A stretch of 64,000 nucleotides of DNA, from assembly GCA_012516855.1 (NCBI GenBank), contig JAAYWB010000059.1, positions 2,581 to 66,580 on the forward strand, in the 5' to 3' direction. The notes under the pieces are model-generated. The model saw only the letters and a list, made by a program, of their open reading frames with translations, was not told the DNA's origin and made no database searches. Position numbers and translations under genes: made by a program. The stretch comes from Candidatus Cloacimonadota bacterium. Its GTDB lineage: Bacteria > Cloacimonadota > Cloacimonadia > Cloacimonadales > Cloacimonadaceae. Below, piece after piece: positions 54,450 to 64,000 of this stretch (positions are counted from its first letter, which is position 1; every line of letters begins with the position of its first letter).

Positions 54450-55283
54450 ATGAATTTCAGATTCCTGCTGATACTGCTGTTGGCGATCCTGACCCTGCTG
54501 GGCTGGACATTCGTCCACCATCAATACCTTAGTAGCCGCCAGGCCCGGCTGGAACAGATCGCGGAACTGCCGGTCTATGTTTACATGAATGAACCCGCCC
54601 GTCTCGACAGCCTCTTTTACCAGCTGAAGCATGAGGTACCCGAGATAGATTCCCTGGTCCGCGAAACCGGCCTCCAGGCCGCGGAGGAACTGCTGCAAAG
54701 CTATCCCGATCTGGGAATCCCGGCCAACGCCCAGCAGGAATTGCCCAACATCCTCACCCTCTGGTTCAAGCCCTCGGACGCCGCTTTCCGGGGCCGGGAA
54801 AAAGTGCTGCAAATCCTTACTGCCAAAGGCCTGAAGGGAGAAGACGTCGATAGCCAGGAACTTGCCTGGGGCCATGCCCGACAGGAATTGGACTCCCTCA
54901 GCTCCCGCTGGAGCAATTCCACCCTCTTTGTGGCGCTGGTGGTCTTTCTGATGCTGGTTTACGCCCGTCTCTTCCTCTACCTTTCCGATGCTGCGGCCAA
55001 TCGCGGGATGCGGGCCACAGTGCTGGAAAGCATCAGGGCCAGCGAGGCCGCCAAATGGCAAAACGGTTTCCTGATCGTGGTGCCCGTGCTGGTGTCCTTC
55101 GGATTGTACCATCTGTTGCTGGCTTTGGATGTGCTCAGCCAACAACTTCACTGGTCTTTCTTCGCGGTGCAATTCGCCTCTGTTCTGGCCGCCGTGTTGG
55201 TGTCTGATCTCATCAACAGCATGCGCGAGCCGGAAAGTCAAGAAACGCGTGGCATCACGGTTTCCACCCCGCCCAATGCGTAA
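54450..55283 (+). CDS. FtsX-like four-TM membrane protein
   Basis: 277 aa. The layout is TM1, then a ~140-aa extracytoplasmic domain beginning PVYVYMNE, then three C-terminal TMs. This matches FtsX. No FtsE gene is adjacent. Confidence 0.4.
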   Translation: MNFRFLLILLLAILTLLGWTFVHHQYLSSRQARLEQIAELPVYVYMNEPARLDSLFYQLKHEVPEIDSLVRETGLQAAEELLQSYPDLGIPANAQQELPNILTLWFKPSDAAFRGREKVLQILTAKGLKGEDVDSQELAWGHARQELDSLSSRWSNSTLFVALVVFLMLVYARLFLYLSDAAANRGMRATVLESIRASEAAKWQNGFLIVVPVLVSFGLYHLLLALDVLSQQLHWSFFAVQFASVLAAVLVSDLINSMREPESQETRGITVSTPPNA

Positions 55284-55821
55284 TCTGCCCAATTTGCTGA
55301 CGCTTCTGCGGGTGCTGCTGGTTCCTGTGTTCGTTTGGCTGCTCTTCTTCAGCGACGCGGAACACCGCGTGGCTTGGGCTCTGCTGGTTTTTGCCGTGGC
55401 TTCCTTCACCGATTGGCTGGATGGCCATCTGGCCCGGAAATGGCAGGTGACCAGCGATTTTGGAAAGATCGCCGATCCCTTGGCAGACAAGCTTTTGGTG
55501 CTGGCTGCTCTGGCCGCGCTCACCTGGCTGGAGCCCTTTCGCCTCGTCTGGCCCATCTTTGCCATCATCGCGGCGCGCGAATTTGGCATCACCGTCCTGC
55601 GCGAGGTTTACAAACACCGCGGAATCATCATGCCCGCTGACAAACTGGGCAAGCTGAAAACAGTATTGCAGATGGCCGGAATCATTCTCGCCCTCTCCAT
55701 CTGGGCTTGGAAACCCGGTCTGGCCGCGTCCCCGGCTGCCCGGACCGCTGCCCACGCCTGGTTCGGGGCGGTTGCTTTGCTTACTCTGGCAAGCGGGTTA
55801 AACTATCTGAGGCCGGGATAA
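55276..55821 (+). CDS. pgsA: CDP-diacylglycerol--glycerol-3-phosphate 3-phosphatidyltransferase
   Basis: ATG at 55276 (MRNLPNLLTLLR). CDP-alcohol phosphotransferase motif DWLDGHLARKW...GKIADPLADK. Confidence 0.85.
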   Translation: MRNLPNLLTLLRVLLVPVFVWLLFFSDAEHRVAWALLVFAVASFTDWLDGHLARKWQVTSDFGKIADPLADKLLVLAALAALTWLEPFRLVWPIFAIIAAREFGITVLREVYKHRGIIMPADKLGKLKTVLQMAGIILALSIWAWKPGLAASPAARTAAHAWFGAVALLTLASGLNYLRPG

Positions 55822-55844
55822 TTCACTCGGGCTAAGGAATACAA

Positions 55845-56912
55845 ATGAAGAAATATATATTGCCGATGCTGGCTTTGCTACTTGCTTTAGCTGGCTGCGG
55901 CAGGGAATCCGCCGCTTCGAACCGCTACGAAAAACACGACCAGCTCATCAAATCCGCCAAGCCCATCGCCTACGGAGAGGATTACGAGGTTCATATTTTC
56001 GCTGACGGAGCCAATCTGGACGCGGTGAAGCGGCCTTTGAAATCCAGCCTCGGACGCGAGGTGACCATCGTGGTGGAAGAGAAGTATTTCTCTGTCAACT
56101 TTCAGGAAGCCAAAGCCCTGAATGACTTCAAGCCCTATAAAAACCTCATTTTCTGCGGCACCCTTGCCGGCAAGGACCCTGTTTCGCTACACATCACCAA
56201 GACTCTTGCTCCGAAACTCGTAAGCGCCGCCGAGGCAAGCGGGGCCGAGCTTTTCGTGATCAGCAACCACTATTCCCGCGACCAACTCATCCTCTACCTG
56301 TTGGCCAAAGACCCTTCCACCCTCGCTAAACTGGCTAAGGACAGAAGCGACCAGATCTTTGGCTATCTGCTGGAACGCTACCGCCGGCGCCTGGCCCTGG
56401 CCGCTTACCAAAACCCAGTGATAAGGGAAGAATTCTTCTCCGACTGGCCTTTCACAATCAAGATTCCCGATATCTACCGCCTTTGGAAAAACGAAAAATC
56501 CGGGCGCTTTCTCTCTTTTGTTTTTCAACCCTACAAACCCAGCCGCACCAAGCCGGATAAATACATCTCCGTCTATTACGAACCCATGCCTGTTAACCAG
56601 GTCACCCCGGAATGGATTTACAAAACCAGGCAGGAACTGGGGCAAAAATTCATGCAGGGCGACTATATCCTGGATAACAAATACCGCACGGAACCAGACA
56701 GCATAGCTGGCTTTAAGGGCCTGCGTATGATGGGGCACTGGGGAAACAAGGAGGGAGGCGGCTTTGGAGGCGGATTCCAAACCTGGGCTTTCTGGCACGC
56801 CCCCACCAAAACAGCCTGGCTTGTTGACAATATCGTCTTTTTCCCGGACGGTTGGAAACTGCCCACCCTGCTGGAACTGGGGATGATTTCCCAATCATTG
56901 GAAATTAAGTGA
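55845..56912 (+). CDS. Lipoprotein of unknown function
   Basis: 355 aa. Lipobox LALAGCG. No catalytic motif recognised. Confidence 0.6.
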   Translation: MKKYILPMLALLLALAGCGRESAASNRYEKHDQLIKSAKPIAYGEDYEVHIFADGANLDAVKRPLKSSLGREVTIVVEEKYFSVNFQEAKALNDFKPYKNLIFCGTLAGKDPVSLHITKTLAPKLVSAAEASGAELFVISNHYSRDQLILYLLAKDPSTLAKLAKDRSDQIFGYLLERYRRRLALAAYQNPVIREEFFSDWPFTIKIPDIYRLWKNEKSGRFLSFVFQPYKPSRTKPDKYISVYYEPMPVNQVTPEWIYKTRQELGQKFMQGDYILDNKYRTEPDSIAGFKGLRMMGHWGNKEGGGFGGGFQTWAFWHAPTKTAWLVDNIVFFPDGWKLPTLLELGMISQSLEIK

Positions 56913-58633
56913 AAAAACTCACTCGGAGGCTGATCATTACGGGCCTGGCGGCCTTGCTGCTAAGTGCCTGCGCCACAAGCGGAACCGTCGCGGAAGTCGA
57001 ACCCGGCCAGCCGAATTTCCGCTCCATCTACTATTTTTTGGCAGGTGCCTATCATCAAAGCGGAGCGGACCACTTCACCGCGGACGTTCTGCTGCGCAAA
57101 GCTGCCGCTGAAGACCCCGGCGCTCAAATAATCCGCCGCCAGCTCCTGCTCAACTCCATCGGCCGCTGGCAGGTGGGAGAGCTTCCAAACACCGGGCTGC
57201 GCCAGGAATTCCTTGCTTATGAAAAGGATTTCGGCCTCGACGCGGAGCTTCTCTACGCCGACATTGACCTTTACGATGGGGAGGGCGATATTCCCGCCGC
57301 TGAGAAGGCACTGGCCCGCCTGCGTGAACTTTATCCCTCCGCCCGTGCCGATTTGAGGCTCTTCGTGCACGGCTTGCGCTCCGGAAAAGGAGCCGACCTC
57401 GGTCTGCTTGACGCGGCCCGGACCAAGGCTAATGAAGACCCCGCCATCCTTAGGATGCTGGCTGGAATCTGGTTCTATTACGATCCCCTGAAGGAAAAGG
57501 AGGCCCTGCTGCGCGCCCATGAACTGGACCCAAACGAGGTTTCCTATGCCTATCTGGCTGACTATTGCGTGCGCAACGGCGATTTGGAACTCACCCGGCG
57601 CTATTTTGCCGAACTAAAATGGCCGGCAGACCGCGAACGCATGCTCTATCTGGCAGGCTCCGACCAGGTTCCGGAGCGCAATAAGCTGCTCATCGACCAA
57701 GCCGAAACCCTTTTGGCCACGGGCGATACGGAGCTTTTGGGCTATCTCGCTTTCGCTGCGCTGATGGAGAAAAAGGCCGGTATCATGGACGCGATAGCTG
57801 CCATTGTGGACACTCTTTTCGCTCCGGACAAAGACAAACAGGACCTTTACGCAATGCTCATCGCCCAGGCACTGCTCCGGCCGGAGGTGAAGGTTGCTCC
57901 GGAAAGGGTGGCGCTGCTGACGGAAAGCGGATATTTCGATGACATCGTCAGCTACTATGTTTGCGGACTCAGCTCCCGCCCTCCCGAAAGCTGGGAACTG
58001 GAGGACCCCGAGGTCTGGCCCGCCTTCCTGGCAGAACTGGACTGCCGTTTTCCTCCGGGGCCGGCCGCCGCATACCTTACAGCCTTCGTCCAAACCATTC
58101 GCGACAGCTCCTTCACCGGTCTGGCGGATGCCAAGCACCGGCTTATTCTCAGCCTGGGCGAAAGCCACACTCTTTGCGAGGCTGACTATTCCTTCCTGCT
58201 CGGCTATTATCAGCTCAAAAATGACCAGAAACTCTATCTGCAAACCCTGCGCGCCGCCCTGAAGGACTGGCCCGACAACCCTTCCTACTGCAACGACATG
58301 GGATACGGGATGCTGATGAGGGGCGAGGACCCTGAACAGGCGGCAGGATTCATCCGCCACGCTCTCGTTTTCGAGCCCGACAACATCTACTTCCTGGACA
58401 GCCTGGCCTGGTATCATTACCTCACGGGCGAATTTGAGGAAGCCCTTCTCCTGATGGTGCTGCCCCAACAACAGGCTGACCTCCCCGCGGAAATCGCCTG
58501 GCACATTGGAGCCATCTACCTTGCTCTGGAAGACTATCCCTCTGCCCGTTCCTGGCTGCAAAAATGCCTGGAGACCGGAAACGACCCTTCCTCCGAAAAA
58601 GAGGCCCGCGAAGCGCTGAAACTGCTCCCCTAA
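56909..58633 (+). CDS. TPR-repeat lipoprotein
   Basis: 574 aa. Lipobox LLSACA. Helical-repeat composition with TPR-like segments (e.g. AWHIGAIYLALEDYPSARSWLQKCLE). Confidence 0.7.
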   Translation: MKKLTRRLIITGLAALLLSACATSGTVAEVEPGQPNFRSIYYFLAGAYHQSGADHFTADVLLRKAAAEDPGAQIIRRQLLLNSIGRWQVGELPNTGLRQEFLAYEKDFGLDAELLYADIDLYDGEGDIPAAEKALARLRELYPSARADLRLFVHGLRSGKGADLGLLDAARTKANEDPAILRMLAGIWFYYDPLKEKEALLRAHELDPNEVSYAYLADYCVRNGDLELTRRYFAELKWPADRERMLYLAGSDQVPERNKLLIDQAETLLATGDTELLGYLAFAALMEKKAGIMDAIAAIVDTLFAPDKDKQDLYAMLIAQALLRPEVKVAPERVALLTESGYFDDIVSYYVCGLSSRPPESWELEDPEVWPAFLAELDCRFPPGPAAAYLTAFVQTIRDSSFTGLADAKHRLILSLGESHTLCEADYSFLLGYYQLKNDQKLYLQTLRAALKDWPDNPSYCNDMGYGMLMRGEDPEQAAGFIRHALVFEPDNIYFLDSLAWYHYLTGEFEEALLLMVLPQQQADLPAEIAWHIGAIYLALEDYPSARSWLQKCLETGNDPSSEKEAREALKLLP

Positions 58634-58908
58634 ACAGCTTGGCAAAGGCTGGACGGTAGCCTACACCTTGTCGATTATGGTGGAGCATGGAAGGTTGACA
58701 TCCCCGTCAACCTCGCTCCGGTGCAGTGACCCTTTCTCTTTTCCGCAAAGCCCTGCGGCTTTTGGTCTACGGGCAAGTCGACCTTCCGGGTTGGTAATGT
58801 CTGCCGCTTCATTTCGGCTCCCTTTCAAACCGAGTGGGTAGTCCGGAGGGCTTCTTTTTAGTTGAGCGCCCGTAGCCACTTAGTCTTAAAAGAGAGCTAT
58901 ACCTGCTT

Positions 58909-59075
58909 ACCCACTGCAATGTCCTGCCAGTCACGCCCTGAGCGCTCGATTCCACTCTCCTCCCGCGCCACCCGAATGATCCTCGCATTAAATACGGGCA
59001 TCATACGGGAGGCGAACTTGAGGACCAGTACAGGGCCTTAACGGCCAGACAGCATCGCTTCTTTCCCGGCGCGGG
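58909..59075 (+). repeat. Intergenic repeat family, copy 4 (short form, core with ~9-nt insertion)
   Basis: ACCCACTGCAATGTCCTGCCAGTCACGCCCTGAGCGCTCGATTCC..., then the core at 58959..59012 (CCTCCCGCGCCACCCGAATGATCCTCGCATTAAATACGGGCATCATACGGGAGG), then ...CAGGGCCTTAACGGCCAGACAGCATCGCTTCTTTCCCGGCGCGGG. Confidence 0.8.
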
Positions 59076-59399
59076 AATGAAGGCAGTGGCACCCACTCAG
59101 TTTGAATATGGTCCGAAATAATCCTTGACAGCAAAAAGGGATGCCATTATTGATGCACCACATTGTTATCTTGCTGTCAATGGATTAGTTAGTGATTAAG
59201 ATGAATAATGCATAGTTGTGTGGCTGTTGTCTAATTGAGCTGAAAAAGGGAATGCTGGCTATCTCCTGTGAATCGTTTGCCACTCTTTCGGACTGTGCGC
59301 TGTCTTAAGATCGGATAAAAGAGTGTAAAGCGGACGGAACCTGTCTTTACGTCCATGTAGGCTGTTCGCTAAGGCGGACGGCAAAAAAAGCAAACGTAT

Positions 59400-62300
59400 A
59401 TGAGGAAAAACAAACGAAACGAACTTTGTTTTGGGTTTTATTCCTGACGGCATTGTTGGGAATATCGAGTATGTGGGCTCAGAACACATTGGTTGTTGGT
59501 ATTGGTCAAACGTACACTACTATTCAAAGTGCGATCAATGCCGCAGTTGATGGCGACCAGATTCAAGTGCAAGACGGTACCTACGCGGAAAATGTTAAAG
59601 TCAATAAAAACATCAGCCTAACTTCCGTCAACGGAGCGGCCACAACTATAATTGATGGCTTGAACTCAGGAGGAGGTACTGGTACAATCAATCTGACAAG
59701 TGGAAGGAATGGCGTGGTTATTGGCACGATCGGCCACGGCTTCACCGTTAAAGGAATCGATGGCCCTCCTGGTGTTGAATTTGCCGCCATCTACCTGACC
59801 GGCGCGCAGACCAATATCTCGATTGAAGGCAACATCATCGAAGCCAGAGGCGACGCCGCCCTGATGGGTGAATATAACGCTGCAAACACCAATATAGTGA
59901 TAAATGGCAATGAGATCACCGGCAAGACCTTCGTCGGGGATAATCCGGGTGGAGTTGGTTTTGGAGCTCAATACAGCTTGCCAAATGTGCCACGCCAACT
60001 GGTGGTTTTCGGTGGAGGAGCTGGTACAACGAACACTCAGAGCTTCACTTTCACAAACAACATCCTCTCCGGGATATGCGGTGGTATGAGCATCACCGAC
60101 AACAACGGAAATCCGATTGATCCCACCCCACAGGGCAACACATTAGCCTCACTGGAATTTGCCGGAACTAACAATATTATCGCCGGCAATACGTTCAGCG
60201 GATCGACCACAAGATACGCGGAAGCACTCAGAATGAGGGGTCCCGGTGATTATACTATTACAGGGAACACCTTCAACGGCTCATATCCCGTTACAATGAC
60301 AGCTCAGACTTCGAATCCCAGCATTGGGCTGGACAGGATCCAAAATGCTCTTCCTCCTGCCAATACTTTTGACAAATACGTGGTGGTGAATTCCGGAACT
60401 GCGCTCGCGGTTCCAGCGATTTTCCCCACTATACAGGCTGCAATAGATGCCGCCACCCCCGGTGACGTGATCCAAGTAGCCGAAGGAACCTACAACGAAA
60501 CGGTTACAATCAATAAAGGCGTAAGTGTTTTGGGGGCTGGAGCTGCCAACACGATCATTGACCCGGTATCCGATACTGCGAGTTTCGTGGTGAGGATAAA
60601 CACCACTTCTGGGAATGTGAAACTTGATGGTTTTACCATCAGGAACTCGACCACTGAAGAAATTGGAACAACCAAGGTAGCGCTTGGCAGTGGATCTACC
60701 GGAGCGATGGTAGAGATATCCAACAATGTCATTATTGGTGGATACGACAGCGCCACTGGGGTCTATACAGATTTCGGTTTCGGCTTTTGGAGCAGTAATT
60801 GTGCATCCGACCTGTTCTTCCATCACAACAACATTAGCCATTGTTATGACAATCCTGTTGGGCTGGAGCGTCATAGAGGCGCGAGCGAGATATCTTATAA
60901 TACTATAAGTGACTGTGCACCATTTCCCGCAATCTGGTTCATGACCGAGAAATCTGGAAGTGAAGCTCCCGAAATGTATGAGATCACGGCCAGACAGTAT
61001 ATTCATCACAATACTATCACAACCGGCACAGGCATTGGTATGGCCGCCCCATATGGTGGGCATTATAATCAGTATCTCGGCGGAAAATACACCGATGTGG
61101 AGATATCCTATAACAACATATCGAATTTATCTGCAACCGGAAAAGGCATCCAACTGGAAGCAGATGGGGATAACGGAGGATTCTACAATCCAGTTATCGC
61201 AAATAACACTATAACCGGAGCATCAGGATTACCCTCGACTTCAGCTCGCGGGATCAGGATACTCGGGAACGTGTTCAATGCCGATATTAACAATAATACT
61301 ATAAGCGGTGTGTACAGAGGGATCTGGCAAAGCTATTCCTGGGGCCAACCAGGTATTCCCGGACCGAGTGGAAACACCCTTAGGAACAACTCCATAACAG
61401 ATTGTGCTATCGGCGTCGAAAATCAGTATTCCACTACAGCTGCTGTACTTGATGCCAAAGAGAACTGGTGGGGAGATGCCAGCGGCCCTCTGGATAATGA
61501 TTCCATCAATCCTGATCCTCAAGCTGACAATCCTGATGGACTGGGCACTAAAGTTTCGGGTTACGTGTCCTATGATCCCTGGTGGGCAAATGCCGAAATG
61601 ACAGAACTCGGATCAAACAATTATATAGCTGGTAACACCTATACATTCACCGTCCACGCGCCCAATTCCGAGGATGGAGCAAAAGCATATCTTTGGGGTT
61701 TTTATACTAAAATCGGTGGTGGTTGGGCTAATACAACGTATGGAACTGGCTATTTTAGCGGTGGATACGCCACAGTCAACTACACAGTGCCTCTGGATTA
61801 TAAGAAGGATTTTTACTGGGAAGTTATAGCCTATCAATCCCCCAACAGCCAAGTAAGGTGCAAACGGTGGAATACAGCCGGGCCTTGGAGCCAGTTTGAT
61901 ACCTATCTGCTCGACGGACAAACAATTGAAATGGAAACATACAGGTTTGACGAATTTGAAATGGACAGGGAAACAGCGAGTTTCAAGATGCTGGCAAACG
62001 GAGTAGTACCGACCACTGTGGATGCCGCCACTGTCGAAGTAATCGTTCCTTGGTCAGGAGACATAAACGATTACGATAATTCTGTCTATAACCATGACAC
62101 TGTGTTCTGTAAAAAGGGTTTGCTTCCAAGCTACGCCGCCAACCTTGGATATGAAGTGCAAGTTGTCGCATCCAATCCAAGTTCCCCGATGTTCCAGGAG
62201 ATAAGGATCACAAAGCCCAGTGTTGGCTACGATGTAACCTTGTTCGGCTTTAGAATTCCGACAGGTGATGATCCGCTTGGCTACATGTGGTGGACAACCT

Positions 62301-64000
62301 TCTACATCGAACCGGTGCAGAATATGGTCATGAATTATGACCCCGTCACCGGTATTTGCAGCGGCAGCTTCTCCGCACCTCTGGAGTATTATCAACAGTA
62401 CTTCATACAGCCTGTCGCGGAAATCTACGTAGACACAAACTTAAAATACTACTATACGCCCGGGTCTATGGACCTTATCCTCAGCGGGGGGATGCTCACC
62501 CCTATCAGGAATGTGACCACCGGTGCCTATTATGAAACCATCCAGGCTGCAATCGACACGGCTGAAGCCAACCATGTTATTGAAGTGCAGCCCGGAACCT
62601 ACGTGGAACAACTGCACGTCACTACCGAAAACCTCACCATCCGCGGGGTTGGCACTGATTCGGTGGTGATCCAGTCGCCGGATGTCCTGCCTCTGTCGTT
62701 CACAACCTCAGCAGCCAACAAGCCGGTCGTGTTCGTGGATGGAGTACAGGAATTCACGCTCAAAAACGTTATTGTGGACGGCGGCAACAAAGGAAACGCT
62801 AACTACCGCTTCAATGGGGTCGCGTTCTGGAACGCCGGGGGTACCCTTGAAGACGTGGATGTGATCAACATAATGAACGATCCATTCAGCGGCGCTCAGC
62901 ATGGAGTAGGTGTCTTCGCCTATAATAACACCACCGGGTCTTTCAACATCAAACTCGACCATGTTGATGTGACTGACTTCCAAAAGACTGGAGTAGTATT
63001 GACAGGGAATGGCGGTAATCTTACTGTCGACCTTGATAATGTTACGGTAACCGGTCAAGGGCTCACTGACATTATTGCGCAGAATGGCATTGATATTTCA
63101 TCTGCCACTGGATCGGTGACAAATTGTTCAGTTACTGGAGTAGATTGGATATGGCCAGGAACAGGAACTCACTGGACTGCTTCGGGAATCATACTTCAAA
63201 ATACTACTGATCTGGTGGTTTCGAATGCTACTTTGACAGGATGCGAGACATCATTCTACGCTAAGGAAAACTTGGGGTTAGAGATATCTGGTTGCGTAAT
63301 TGATGGCGCTACTGAGATTGCAGTCCTGGATTATGGAGGAATCGACTCAGTAATAGATGGTAATACAATCACAAATTCTAGCTCCGGTATCTATTGCTAC
63401 TTGACTGAAAGTGCATTAATTACTAACAACGAGATTGAAGGATCAGAGTATGCGTTGATACTTGAAGAGATAGACTCAGTATCTTCTGAAATTACAGTAA
63501 CTGGAAACGAATTCTCTAATAACTACATCCATGTGTATAATTCTGGTGATGAACCAGACGTAAATACACTGATCCCCACCAACACGTACGCTCCTACCTA
63601 TTTCATTGTGGACCAGACGATCTACGGCAACGGCACCGTTCTGTATGTGGACGCGCCTCTGGAAGTTATCCAGGACAACGTGCAGCAGACCTATTCCGTG
63701 AAAGCTTCGTACGCTGGAAACCTGCGTGGTTTCGACGTGATGCTCATCATCCCCAAGGCGGATTTTGCCACAGCTCCCACGAACTTCGTTATGGGATCGG
63801 CTTTTACGAGCCCTCTTTATATAGTCGACCAGAGCACAGATACAGAATGGATTTACGTAATCACTGGTGCCTTTTTAGGTGCCGGCAGTGTCACCGGCGA
63901 GAATGTCACCCTCTTCACCTTTGACGCGACCAGTACCGCAGACTACAACAACGTGCCCGATGGCTGCTACATCCAGTTGCCTTTGGGTGAGGTTACCCTG
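59400..64000 (+). CDS. Giant secreted right-handed beta-helix (pectate-lyase-fold/NosD-like) repeat protein, 3'-partial (over 1500 codons, runs off right edge); apparent -1 frameshift in an A5 tract just after the ATG
   Basis: Not in the ORF track (no stop inside the window). The frame with codon starts at 59402+3n is open from 59309 to 64000. Three modules each start with a similar motif: TIQSAINAAVDGDQIQVQDGTYAENV, TIQAAIDAATPGDVIQVAEGTYNETV and TIQAAIDTAEANHVIEVQPGTYVEQL. A cohesin-like segment lies near the end. The ATG at 59400 is out of frame unless AGGAAAAAC carries one more A, which would give MRKKQTKRTLFWVLFLTALLGISSMWAQ, a good signal peptide. The alternative is an in-frame TTG at 59426. 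Confidence 0.75.

Noticed and set aside
58672-58716. tRNA-like or tmRNA 3' end. The minus strand reads GGAGCGAGGTTGACGGGGATGTCAACCTTCCATGCTCCACCA, ending in ...GCTCCACCA like tmRNA.
   Set aside because: There is no T-loop consensus (GTTCRANYC). No matching 5' acceptor strand (GGGGC...) lies at a suitable distance. No tag-peptide reading frame is present. It is kept only as part of the generic structured-spacer observation.
58640-58890. Known RNA classes for the structured spacer: RNase P, SRP/4.5S, 6S, and cobalamin, TPP and c-di-GMP-I riboswitches.
   Set aside because: The conserved cores I remember are not present. These are GAGGAAAGTCC / ACAGAA.CCGGCTTA for RNase P, GGAA-tetraloop plus AGCA symmetric loop for SRP, the B12 box, CTGAGA...ACCTGATCTGG for TPP, and ACGCAAAGCC preceded by a GAAA hairpin for GEMM-I. 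The only match is a fortuitous GCAAAGCC.

Overview
The window is a 64-kb chromosomal segment with fairly high GC, interrupted by several clearly AT-richer stretches. Gene content suggests an anaerobic FCB-superphylum (Cloacimonadota-like) bacterium; this is an inference from secreted proteases with Por/T9SS-type C-terminal domains, PorV/PorQ-like barrels and a Na+-pumping methylmalonyl-CoA decarboxylase operon.

Most of the window is ordinary, tightly packed core genome:
- mmd operon
- dxr, pfkA, dxs, mnmE, plsY-like, yggS, leuS, htpX
- an RlmD-like methyltransferase
- thiN, xseB, ispA, dut, nadA, pgsA
- five tRNAs, all with encoded CCA

I found no rRNA, CRISPR array, transposase or integrase.

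Observations that stand out:
1. 17.1-25.6 kb: an unassignable, pseudo-symmetric five-gene membrane cluster. Two giant paralogous lipoproteins bracket two paralogous polytopic membrane proteins and a central TM-domain-TM protein.
2. A family of intergenic repeats of about 165-290 bp with a long palindromic core is present four times. Three copies sit at junctions with AT-rich, probably acquired segments.
3. Left edge: a truncated EcoRV-family restriction endonuclease gene, absent from the ORF track because it is open-ended.
4. Three copies of the palindrome GTGGTA-N5-TACCAC lie in one AT-rich intergenic region.
5. Two homopolymer frameshifts: C7 in a sigma54 response regulator, and A5 at the start of a giant beta-helix surface protein that runs off the right edge.
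6. An AT-rich ORF with RelA/SpoT-like nucleotidyltransferase motif order reads into tRNA-Lys.

All functional calls rest on motif recognition by eye and memory of protein families. No searches were run.
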